From: Mizuhopecten yessoensis
Taxonomy: Eukaryota
DNA length: 64,000 nucleotides
Direction of reading: 5' to 3'
NCBI RefSeq assembly: GCF_002113885.1
Contig: NW_018408727.1
Span: 214,334-278,333 of the forward strand
Shown: positions 24,246 through 36,000 of the stretch, one piece after another
Layout: every line of letters begins with the position of its first letter
Position numbering within the stretch: position 1 is the stretch's first letter
Notes under the pieces: model-generated
Databases searched by the model: none
What the model was told of the DNA's origin: nothing
What the model saw: only the letters and a program-made list of their open reading frames with translations
Translations under genes and position numbers: made by a program

Positions 24246-27200
24246 ACACCTGTGTACTTGCCAGTTGAGCAAACACAACAATAATAACTACTTATAGTCA
24301 ATAAATGAGATGTCCTTACCACCCCCGGTCATTATGTCGGGATTAGATATATCCGGTCGAAGCCACGTCCAGGATCCAAGAGCATGACCATTCCGCCTAC
24401 GATACTGTTAGTCAACTAGCCCACAACCAAGATATGTGACACTTTCCTCGGAATCTTCGTTAATATCAATATAATATGTAGGTGTCTCCGTCACCTAATG
24501 TATCAGTCTGGTGCCGGTGTCACCGTGCCTATTTAAATACTGTATCTACGGAACATCCATCACAACGGTATTGACGTATCTCCTTGAAATATATTTAGTG
24601 TGAAGTTGTCGAAATGAAACTCTTTTTATCAAAATCCTGCATCATCACATCAGCAGATTGGAGGGGCGTATATCATGCCCGCTGCAAGAGTGTGAATATC
24701 ATCCAAAAAGTCCAAACTTATCTTCAGCTTGTAGTGTATGATATCTAGCAGAATAGATGTCCAATGTTAATGTACATGTAAAACCAACCACAAATCTTCA
24801 TGATACTGACTACAGTTTCAGCTGTATGGACGACATGTCAGTTTGGGCTTCTCTACCCCAGTACCTCCCGGTACATATGCTGTCCTTATAGCTACCTGCA
24901 GTTCTGCCCTCCACTGCCAGGAGCACACCGTGCCATCAAGCTCTGTTACAGAAGTCCCAGCACAGTTGGTTGAAGCCTTCCAATGAGGCGCAGCATTAAA
25001 CATTTACTGGACCCATGGCCAGACATAATCAGATATACGTTCCATTTAACACGCAGATATAATATAACAGCACATACGGCTCTCAGGTAGGATAAAGCCA
25101 GGTATATATGCTACCTGAGACAGGTAAACGTGTATACACGTACAGGTGAATCGAAAGTTGTTGAATCAATCAGCAATCCTAGGCTCCTCCACTAAATCAA
25201 TCAATATTCTCCACAGATCTGCTATCCAGTAACGGTACCACACTCTCAATTCAATTGCCCTTTATTTGCATTCATTTATTCATGATTACATTCAATCAGT
25301 TAAATTATGCTGTAATTGTGTTTGTTTTCATCTAAAAAGTCAACCCTGAGTTGATTGCTATAGTGCTGCTGGTTGTATATACATACAGACAGATGAGCTT
25401 TATTAGGTTTCGGATAGGACACAAAGGTTCTGAGAATTCCCAGTACCTTTTGAGGACACATGTACTTCATGAAGTGCACATAATTTTGGGATGTCACTTT
25501 TCATGGCCCCAGTAGCTAGCCCGATTATCTGCTGAGACATCTGGTCACAATTAATGTGAATAAAAACAATTCAGATGCTTAATTGTCTTATTATATATAT
25601 TGTCTTGTATCATTAAATATAAAGTTTCTGTAATAAATTTTCAACAATTAAAATGAAATATCTTTGATCAATGTTAGTATTCCATCACTAATTATACACG
25701 TAGCAATATATACCCAGCACTGGTCACATATACATTAAGTCGGGCCCTAAAGACAATCAGACTCTGCGACGGATACTACGCCCTCGACTACCGTTAATCC
25801 CGGTAATGACACTATATATCAAACCAGGCCGAGGGCAAAATATAATGAAGTCCCGGTATATAAAGTAAAGCACTGGTCTCATCCTATAGAAACAACCATT
25901 TCTGGCATTATCTTATATATGTTTAGATATATTATTTTAGAAGACGTCGCAATTTCTAGACATCCGCATTGTGTGTACTTTGTTTATAACATCAGTATTT
26001 TTTATGCATTAAGTAATAAGTATGTGTACTCCATTTATGACGTCACAAATAAATTCAAATCGACTCAAAAGCCCCAAAATGGTCGAAAGCGCTTGTGAAT
26101 TGTAGTCTTTGCGTTTTGCTTTATATATATATTTTTACCATCACATGGACACTTAAAACTATTTATCGCTATATTATTTTAAATATATACATGGACAAGG
26201 AAGTAATCCCAACAGTGTAGACAATAGGAGGTCGTCAAACTTTCGGAGCAATCTTTGGATCTGGTCCTCTATAGAGACACAGAAACATAGAACAGCTTAC
26301 ATAACATTAAAACAAAATAGAAATATACATGTAATAGGATATAGCTTATATTTTAAAAACAATATGTCTCTCAACTAGCATATAAAACCGTAGGCAGAAT
26401 ATTGATTTACACTGATCATGACTGCATTGTTGGCAATTTACCGTTGATATTACTTTTTTTGACTCATACGTATACACGCACATCCATATACATATTGTAT
26501 AACAGTATGTAATATATTTGTACATGGATGCAGCTGGTTTACGCTCATACTGGCATGAATGTTAAATACCGATATGAGTCGTTAAACTGCAGGCCATCAC
26601 AAGGTCAAGCAGCACCATATAATTATTACTGATAGATCATACTGGAAAATTAATGCAAACCATTCTAAGTAATTACCATTCCACACGCGAAACACATGAC
26701 ATGTTAAATATTTAAATGATGTTCATGCACAACAAGACCGAGGAAACATTGCAAATCAAAAGAAAAAAATTGCTGCCTGTCAAGTTAACACAATCTACAG
26801 AAGATACCTTTGTAAATGATGGATCAATACAGAGTATTATGTATTGAACAGTCTGGGCACTGATCCTGAATACTAGATAATCGGAGCGTAATTGGAGGGT
26901 AATTATAGAGTACCGCCATTTTGATGAAATGAAAATTTTACGGCAGACCGTAATCCTGATCATGATAGTCCTAGAAGTTGTGTATTTATATATACATGCT
27001 TGCAGGTATTTTGATAAAAGAAAGTGTAAAGGAATCAATGTCATACTATTTTAAATCAAATGATTTATAAGCTGAAAAATGATAGAGTCACCAAGATACT
27101 GTTTGTTTTTGTAATTATACCCAAAATGGAGTTCGCTGAACCCCTCTTATTCATCTCAGCATGTCATTTGGGCTGGCTGACATCATTATAGACATAAGCA

Positions 27201-27343
27201 GACAATTTTGGTCGACACATGTACATAAAGAGTTATTTTAGCTGGGGTTTTTAACATTAAGGAATTTTTTTTGTATACGGCTGGCAATACCTATATCACC
27301 AATATAAACAACATATATACTCAAACTACTGGTACTTCATATA

Positions 27344-27513
27344 CAGTCAAACCTGTATTGAGGGACCACTATTGGGATGCTTAAACAGTGGTCTCTTGTT
27401 GCAGATAATCTCTTTATACAGGTTCCATTACCAAAAATACAGCTGAAAATTGAAATTTTCAAAAGTAGCATCTCAACATTTAGTAGAGGTGGTTGCCCAA
27501 GCAGGTTTGACTG
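27344..27513. mobile_element. 170-bp Tc1/mariner-type MITE
   Basis: TIR CAGTCAAACCTG / CAGGTTTGACTG with TA on both sides; related fragment at about 10212-10292. Confidence 0.8.
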
Positions 27514-27592
27514 TATATTTAAAACTAGAAACAAGGGTCCCAGTAATGGTGAGATGATGAACACATACCCATCAACTGGCATTTTTACCTAC

Positions 27593-28058
27593 CTGGTTTG
27601 ACCAGTTTGGCACTTTTGGTGTTTCCATAGAGATCAATACACAGCCATAGAGTGCGGTCAGTCGGAAGGCCTTGGAGACAGGCACCCTTGTGTAGTCCAT
27701 CCACAAATAGCTGCAGCTGACCTTGAGAACTAAGATACAAGGTCACACGCGACCCCGTATCCACAAAGCTTTCGTTGATTGGCTGGATCCAGTATCCCTC
27801 TTTTTTGGCCAGATTAGGCAAGGCGTAACGTGGCAGGTCGGCCACACTGACCTTACCAGGGTCAAGAGAGGTCAGTCCTACCCTGAGGGCTCCGCTCCAT
27901 GTCTGGACAGTGGTCAGCTCCAGACACACCTTCTGGTTGACCTTGACTGGTAGGTCACTGAACACAATGCCATTGCAGAAAGAGTTGTCTGCCCGAGTGG
28001 CAACGGTCTTGTTCTCCAACAGTGAAACACCGCTCCCATGGACATTGTGAAATTTCAT
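27593..28058 (-). CDS. ROCO coding exon 1: Neuralized homology repeat (NHR) domain
   Basis: MKFHNVHG...FCNGIVFSDLP...WSGALRVGLTSLDP...GYW...LWLCIDLYGNT matches the NHR pattern. In-frame TGA upstream of the ATG. Acceptor TTTTTTCCTACAG precedes 28210 (5'UTR part). Phase-1 donor CCAG|GTAGGT fits the next exon. Confidence 0.88.
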
Positions 28059-28439
28059 TGTCCTTTTTTCACCAAATTGTTCGTAACAAATTCAAACATT
28101 TTATGCCCTGATGGGCATTGGGCCATATTTCTTTTTCTCATATGTACGATTCACATGTTGATTTTCTCCTTTGTCTACCCACAGCTACTGTTAATCTGAG
28201 CCAGTATTCCCTGTAGGAAAAAAGATGAAAATAGAAAAAAATATTTTTATTATTGATCTACATCATTTGCCAACAAATGTCGGAGAATATTGCTCCACAG
28301 TATTCTGTTTGAATGTCAAAGGTAAACAGATCAATGGAAACACAGTGTCTCCTGAGACTTGACTGTATAAACACCATTTATGAACTGACAGGGGCTGTAT
28401 AGCTACCATTAAGGTATACCTCACATTGTATATGTAATG

Positions 28440-28570
28440 GGTCCTTGGGGAACTTGAGGACCTTGAGGACCTTGAGGACCTTGGGGACCTTGAGGACCTT
28501 GGGGACCTTGGGACCTTGAGGACCTTGGGGAACTTGGGGAACTTGAAAACATCAATATTTAGGACCTTCA
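28440..28570. repeat. 9-bp tandem repeat GGACCTTG(A/G)
   Basis: Direct reading; source of the spurious PRSSRS ORF. Confidence 0.9.
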
Positions 28571-31500
28571 CTAATGTACATACCTAAAAGGAAAGACTTC
28601 CATACTTAAAATGGATGACATTTATCATAGTAAATAAGACAACAGCATTATCTTAATTGGAAATCATTTCATGTTTGACAGGATGTTTCAAAAAGGTATC
28701 CTAGTTTCATTTGAAAAAAACGTATTACAGATAATTGTTAAGGTAAAAGGCACCACTGCTCAGAGTAATTACAAAGAAGAGTTCCACTTTGAAATTAAGA
28801 TTGTTTTTTTTACTTGGGAGTAATTTCCCTTCTATATATAGAAGATAAAGCAAATATACTTAACTGATGCCATGCATTTTTTTATTCTTTGGTAAAGAGT
28901 TGGATTAACATTGGATAGGTTTTTCAAGTTTTTTTCTTTACATTTGGACTTTGTTTTCAAATACTCAAATTTCAAGCAACTGAAATTCTGTAAAATACAT
29001 CGCATTATGATAAAAAACACAGAATACTCCTGTAGAAAATGACTTAAATATTTCATAACTTGAGGGAACGGTTTTCCTTCAGGTCAATCCATGCATGCAA
29101 AGCTACATATAGATTTATTGTAGTTGAACAACCAACATTCGGATACACTACTTTAAATTTGCTAGCAGCAGGTTGTCTATAGAATCTGTATACAATGTAT
29201 ATGCTACATATGTAAGAATGTTCCAGATTGGCAGCCAAGTCATATTAACAACTGCACAAAACTATTTCCCATATTTGTTTTTGTTGAAATTTGCACTAGA
29301 ATACCCGACTGTGTGTTTATGTGTCTTTTCCTGTTACATTTTTTGCCCAATGCATGCCTCCTTTTGGCTTAACGTGCCAACTTATAAAATTTCATCAGTG
29401 CCACTTGAAGTTCCTTGCTGGTAGTTATAGTTCTGCACGTTATATACATGTTCAGTACACATAATGTCAAACCAATACAACATTGCATTACAGTACGGGG
29501 CCAAGATGTTTAAAAGCCTTATTTGCTGAACAACTGCACACAAAACTTTTATCTTTTATATGTTGAAAAATATTGAAACTCAAAACTGGAATTTGAACTT
29601 TAGCGAGTCAGAAGAATCATCTACACAGACAAGAAATAAAAATAAATGACTTTCATAATTTTCAGACATTCCTCATCAGAGAGCGGAATAGACTTTTAAA
29701 CAATATGGCACTCTGGATATTACATCTTCTGTTCAAGTAAATGATGACCCCCCCCCCATGCAGTTTCGTAAAAAAAAAAAAAAAATTGAAATAGCATAGA
29801 AACATTCTTACTTACCCCCAACATATCTATAAGGACATTGTGTTTATATATATAGAAATTAATCGTTAAACAAGGTGCGTATCTGGCACACCGACATCAC
29901 AAATTCGTCTACTGGGGTATCTTTCATCAATTTGAAAGTTACTGCATGATAGAGTGTTGCATTATTAATGCTGAGATTTCCATACGGGAACAGACTGAAG
30001 GCTTCAATAGTTTCTCCACTCGTCATGTGTTGTTCAATTCCAACACCACTCCTTTAATGTTTGTATCGACTTATAGTGACTGAACACGTATTTTAAATTA
30101 CACTGATTTTTTTCTTTTATATCAATATACATCTTCAAAACAAGTTATTGTAATGTGGGGGCCAGGGGAGTGGGGGATCCAACATCCGTGCAAAGAGTTC
30201 AACGAAGTTATGCGTTACCCGGTAATTATATAATGTTTTAATTTTTTTTTTTAAACTTACATCAAAGGTAGACATTTTTTTTTTTTGCTTCTAAATGTTA
30301 AATAATTTCAATTACCTAGTCTAAATAACAGGTAGATCCTACTCTCATAAATCAATCTTCAGGAGAAATCAATATAACACTATACAATTGTACTAATGCA
30401 TGTGGCATGAACGTTCAGAGGTACAATACAGCTGTTTTCAGTCCGCCTAACTGGCCGGCCGGGTACAATTTTATTGAGTTAATTGTAATTTGCACGTGTA
30501 TGTTTAATGATTTTGTTTGTGTAGCGAGACTACAGTAGTCAAAAGACTGACAGAGCATTTGCAAATAATACAACACATAATGAATTGTCCATTACCATAT
30601 TTATTCTTTGCAATAACGATATTCATGCAATCGAGCATGTTTATTTTACACATTATTTTATGCATGGAATTTATTAATGGTTGTGATCTGTTTTGAACTT
30701 GCGTTATCATTTTAATATTAAACTTCTAGTAGCAGACCTTATCATCTGATCATTTTACCTGTGTAATTGACCTCTGCATGAAATAAACATACTGGTCGAT
30801 AACAGTGCTAAATAGTAGGTGATGCAATTTACACCTCTAATACATTTTATGTACATAGATATACACTTCATTATGAGTGTTTTATTCTGGAAACTTTTTG
30901 GGGTTTATAAAGGGTCCCATTCCCAAATGAAACTATTTCATTTTAATGCCTAATTCCCAAAATTTGGAGTTTACTCCTGAACATTTCTTTCCCAATTAGT
31001 CTATTTTCTTCCGTCAATGAGACAAAAATACCCCGTCCCGACTTTACGGAAAAATAATTTAACCTGTTCTCACTATTGTATTCGTGTGCTAACCTTATAT
31101 CTATAGTATAAATCTCAAGCTGAAAACATCATAGAAGAAAAATTTCAAACATGCGAATCACATGGGTCATTGCATTGTGGCCATACAGATTTATCCAATA
31201 TATATCTCTGTGATGTAGATAGAGGGTGAAAGGGTGAAATGATGAAACAGTGTTGTACTCAGAGCTGAAAATAATATCATGTCTAGCTATGCATGAAGTT
31301 AAAAACATGGAATATTACTGGTAGAGAGGAATACAATCATTTAGAAAAGCATCATTATACTTGAAATACATATAGCTACAACTTTCATGCAGTGCTTTGC
31401 CTCTTTCAATGAGGCACGGAGAAGGTCAGTCATATACATATATATATACTGCACTTCGTGCACTGCTTGATGTACAACATCTAAGTATATTAGTATATGT

Positions 31501-31588
31501 ACCTCAACACAACATTCTGGTTGTGATATTTTTGGAAAGGAAACTAGCGAAAGTGTGCGTAACCCTTGGAGCATCGAGGATGAGTTCA

Positions 31589-31910
31589 TGGCAAGGCAAG
31601 GAGATCACATGTGTCATCATTTAAAATGGAGACATGTTTTGTTGAGTATTGTCAAACACACAGCCTGGTGTTAAGTCGAGTGCATTATAATACATGGATA
31701 TCCGTAAGCTAATATACAGACAATTCCAGGTGATACAACCAGGATATCGAAGATGGGATCGTGGCAAGGCAAGGAGATCACATGTGTCATCATTTAAAAT
31801 GGAGACATGTTTTGTTGAGTATTGTCAGACACACAACCTGGTGGTAAGATGAAAGGCATTAATTATAACACAAGGATATCCGTAAGTTAATATACAGACA
31901 ATTCCAGGTG
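31589..31910. repeat. About 173-bp tandem duplication
   Basis: GGCAAGGCAAGGAGATCACATGTGTCATCATTTAAAATGG...CAATTCCAGGTG occurs twice (starts about 31590 and 31763). Confidence 0.9.
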
Positions 31911-32084
31911 GAAACAACAGGAATTAGGTTAACCCCATTGCGATTGACAGGAGATCTTTACAAGATCTCAAGCTAAGGAAAGCAGCTGATGTTTAGAATG
32001 GTCATAGCAAAATATATATATATATATGTGTCCTTGCTGAAATCAAACTTAAGCTTTGCAGCAGAAAAGGGAGGACTACATGTA

Positions 32085-32513
32085 TGAAACAGAAGAAAGC
32101 GAAACTCAATGGCCAGACTGGGATTCAAACTCGGAACCCTCTAAACTCTAGATGGCTGCTCTACAAATTGAGCTCCCTGGTCGCTTAAGGTTGACCTAGT
32201 CTAGTTCCACTACATTCCTCCCTCCTTTTTCTTAGTCTTCACCCTAAAAGGACACAACTATATTTATAACAAAGATTCGGTTATCTTCTTGCAAAACATT
32301 CACTCATTAAAACAAGGGTTAAGAAGCTCGCCAATTCTGTAACAGGAGAAAGAGAAAAAGGGTTGAGAAGCTCGCCAATTCTGTAACAGGAGAAAGAGAA
32401 ATTTGCAAATGCTAGTCTGGGATTTAAACTCAGGACCCTCCGAACTCTAAACAGACTCTCTGCCAATTAAGCTAGCTAGTCGCCGATGATCGACCCAGTC
32501 CAGTGCCGCTACA
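32085..32513 (-). mobile_element. Complete miniature non-autonomous LTR retrotransposon (TRIM) with tRNA-like LTRs
   Basis: LTRs 32513-32382 and 32214-32085 (TG...CA, mutually alignable), PBS-like TGGCGAG after the 5' LTR, PPT AAGAAAAAGGAGGGAGGAA before the 3' LTR, TGTA on both flanks. Confidence 0.8.
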
Positions 32514-32744
32514 TGTACATGTACAATACAACATGGAAAATCTAAAGAATAATCAAGGTCTCCAAACTACACCTGGAGAACAGATTTGGGATCCTACAAG
32601 GCAAACGTTAGATTGAAGAGATTGGGAAGGAGGTCAAAGCAGCAATCTGTGAAACAAGTATAAGACTACTTGAACAAAAGAAAGTGACCACCTGGGTGAT
32701 GAAAGAAGTATAGAGAAGGTGATTACATACCTGTAGGACATTAA

Positions 32745-32827
32745 CTCATTCACCCCTGAAGACTCATTTGAACTCCTCCAATTCAAAGGTTGGAATAGTT
32801 CATTATGAAATTTCAGGGGTAAATGAG
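32745..32827. mobile_element. 83-bp TTAA-flanked MITE, second family
   Basis: TTAA-CTCATTCACCCCTGAA...TTCAGGGGTAAATGAG-TTAA. Confidence 0.75.
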
Positions 32828-32931
32828 TTAAGAGCAAAATGATTTCAATAAAATATTAAACCAAACCAGATACTGGCAGGTCAAACATTCTGACAGTATA
32901 TATATCCCTATTGATTTATTTTTCTTATTAA

Positions 32932-33014
32932 CCCTTTCACCCCTATGTAACTTTAGTAGACTCTACTGTGCATTTATCTGGATGAGTCCATTATGGTCTA
33001 CAGTGGTGAAAGGG
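32932..33014. mobile_element. 83-bp piggyBac-like MITE
   Basis: TTAA-CCCTTTCACC...GGTGAAAGGG-TTCA. Confidence 0.8.
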
Positions 33015-36000
33015 TTCAGAAGTTACCTTGACCTTGACTTTAGGCACTTGTAAACCCTTAAGCACATCTACATTTAACAGATTTTAAACTTCTTGATTCT
33101 GATATAATCTACAGAAACAGACGTGCAGAAAGACACCATGAAAACTTTAGGGCTCCAATACCTCTGATGCAGGGCCCTTATAAAAATTGAATAACAGACA
33201 AATACCTTTCTAGCCATTGTCATGTTTGATAATAAAGAATCGACAAGTAAATATAATAAATATCATCCACAACAAAATAACCCGTTTCCAGTTGTCTGCC
33301 ATTGCTGTTGATGTCAAGTCAAAGTGTGATAACTCTTGCAAGAATTTGAGAAACTATCCTTGCATGGGGAAAATTAACATCCTGAAGGGAAATAGGTACA
33401 ATGTTTTGTCAACCTTCAAGCATGCATGAGACACAATGATTTGTCTCACGGTCATGTGATATGTTCTGAATGAATTAGGGAAATATTATAGATGAGGAAT
33501 AATAATATATTACCAGGTATATATAATAATGTTTTCACGTGAATATTTCTATAAACAATGATAATTGATGATATTAAATTGAACATGACATGATCAATTG
33601 TTTCGGATACATTTGTATTCAATAACAAATACACATTACATGTATAAACACACAACCCGTGTATTCTTTAAATTGTGTAAAAATGTTAAAATTGATATGG
33701 TACATGTAAATACTAAATCACTAGTCCTTACATTGAGGACACCATTAGACTTGGTCAAACTTAATGCTTCAGCAAAAAAACTTTCATGTATATTGAATAA
33801 ACGGCTAGTGATTCGAAATTAGAAATGGGATTCAGTAAACATAATCATTGTTTATTTAGGTATTCCCTTTTAACCCTTGATTGGGGTGATACAAATTTTG
33901 GTATTCAGGGTTGGAAACTTTACCCAATTGACCACTGGATGTGTTTTGTAAAACTTCGCAAAGTCCAAAATATTTTAAAAACTCCCAAGGATTTGTTAAC
34001 AAGCATGATGTTTGGTTGCTATAATTAACAAGAGATCCTAGAAGGATCTTGGCACCCACTATGAAAGAATCTTTATCAGATCTACAAAAGATCAAGATTT
34101 CAATGGAGCGACACCTTGACTCAAGGCCAGTCAATTTTACTGTTAGGCGACCGTGAGATCTTTTGATATCCATAAGATTAAAGGATCACACTCAAGTCTT
34201 CTCGTCTCATCCACACGGTGGTGCAGACTGAGCCTTCGTTTTTGCTATGACCTATATTCCAGGGGTGTAAGCCCTGGAGTATTAAGGATGGATCATTTGA
34301 ATCCCGGGGTAGTGTATAGCTTTAAAATTTACTGGATTTGAGTTCGGGTGTCGCTCCTCTTTAATCTTCAAAGGACACGGATCAGCTTTAAGCGATTGGT
34401 CAGTGGGCTTTTTACCCGGACCAATCAAGTAGCAGCGTGCCTTCCATATTGCTTTGACAATATTCGAGGGGTGCACGGAGCGTAAGTGAGCATTATCAAT
34501 GCAGTATCAAGGATGAGTGACAGAAATGACAAAACAGGTAACTCACATTGCATTAAATCAATTTGTTATGCATCATTTCGTAGTGGTTTTTTTTAATGCA
34601 TTTCTATCGTTATGTTTTTTTGCTAAATTGCAGTGAAAATGAATCAGATCAGCAGTTTATGCCACAAAGCGCAAGGCACTGTGCAAGGTACGCCCCAACA
34701 CTACCTCATATTGCTTGCACTTACAATGATGTTATCACGATTGGTTTATATATCCTGAAAATGTTTCAAAAATTACTTAAAATGAGTTGTGTGCATTTTA
34801 CCCAAGGTTACAAAATCACAGAAAATTGTCGATATACCTTCAAAATACTTTATAGTTACATTAATAATAAGCAAATTTTGTCCTCAAGTACAAGATGACT
34901 TTCAAAGTTATTATAGGCATGTGAGAAAATCAGATAAAACACCAAGTACGCAATATTTCAATATCAACAGTGTACTTTGTGTCCTTCAATATGTAGAAGA
35001 TAGTACAGGCGCACTGTCAAGGAGAATGTAAAGTTTGTGGTTAAAAACATGTTGTTTTTTTGTTTATTTTAATAAAAAAATTAAGGGTAATTACAGCTTG
35101 TGTGTTTGGAGTCCTGACTTGAACGTTTTGAGGTCAGGGCTGAGTGATCATGAAATGTCCGTGGGCAACATGTTCCAGAGGCGAATGGGACATGGAAAGA
35201 AGGATTGAGAATGGTTACGACTAAACTTAAAGATGACGAATGTGGACTATTGATGATTTCGGGAGGGTGATTAAAGAAATGTTGGTTTCTGGTTCTTATA
35301 ACCTGATAATAAATACGTTTATCCATATATATGACACTTGTGGTCTAATATTAAATCAATGAGAACAATTTCATGACTTTGTTGCAATCTACAAACTAGA
35401 TTCAAAATGTTTCTTTCTGTAATATATATCATTGGCCTTTCTTCTCGTGGATCACTTTATTACTGTATTAATATTTAAGACTACTGCAATAACAATGTTG
35501 ATGTCAATAATTAAACACAATACTGAGATTTGGAACAGAGCGTCAGAAGTCCACATGACATGTACCATACCTGTCAATATAGCCTTAGTGGGACAAGTCA
35601 ATGCAATATTAAAGGTAGCAACAGATCATGAGATCACGCATGAAGTCGCCCACGATTAACCGGCGGACGGACGGTTGCACAAAAGTCGTGTGGCCGCCTC
35701 AATGTTTCTACACGTGCTAGATCGCGTGCCTCTACTCACCTGTTTGTATGACTGTTAAAACGGAGTGAACAACACGGACAAACACAGGCGACATAGCGTT
35801 TGGAAGGAAAACAAAAACAACATATCCCATAGATGCTTGAATAGCAAGGACGTTAATGTTAAGCGTTTTGCTTACACAGAATCTGTTAACAGGTCATTAC
35901 CTGAGTGACGTCACAGCGCTACAAGCATGTAAATTAAATCAAAGTTCTGAAAGTCCTCTAGTGCTAAAAAATAAGCCCGTTGGTGCGGTAATGGTATTAC

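Larger units (their letters stand above)
45..28058 (-). other. ROCO-family gene (NHR/Neuralized - ROC GTPase - COR), 14 coding exons in window, 3' end beyond left edge
   Basis: Exons 28058-27593, 11716-11554, 10164-10001, 9830-9676, 8934-8656, 7911-7831, 7248-7066, 6875-6765, 5814-5671, 5140-4934, 3726-3556, 2871-2739, 605-445 and 149-45 join in one frame (2523 nt, 841 codons) via GT-AG introns with matching phases. Motifs: P-loop GQDRVGKTS, G3 WDFAGQ, G4-like VGTH, COR motifs FYHDLG, LNPQWL, LMEKFDL, YYVPS. Confidence 0.9.

Noticed and set aside
24818-25003. 61-aa ORF as an extra ROCO coding exon
   Set aside because: Ends in a stop with no compatible donor; no recognisable motif.
45-28058. 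Naming the ROCO gene LRRK2, MFHAS1 or NEURL
   Set aside because: No LRR, kinase or RING domain is visible in the window and the architecture differs, so no symbol was assigned.
28263-28571. 102-aa ORF with PRSSRS repeats
   Set aside because: Product of a 9-bp tandem repeat in an intron.
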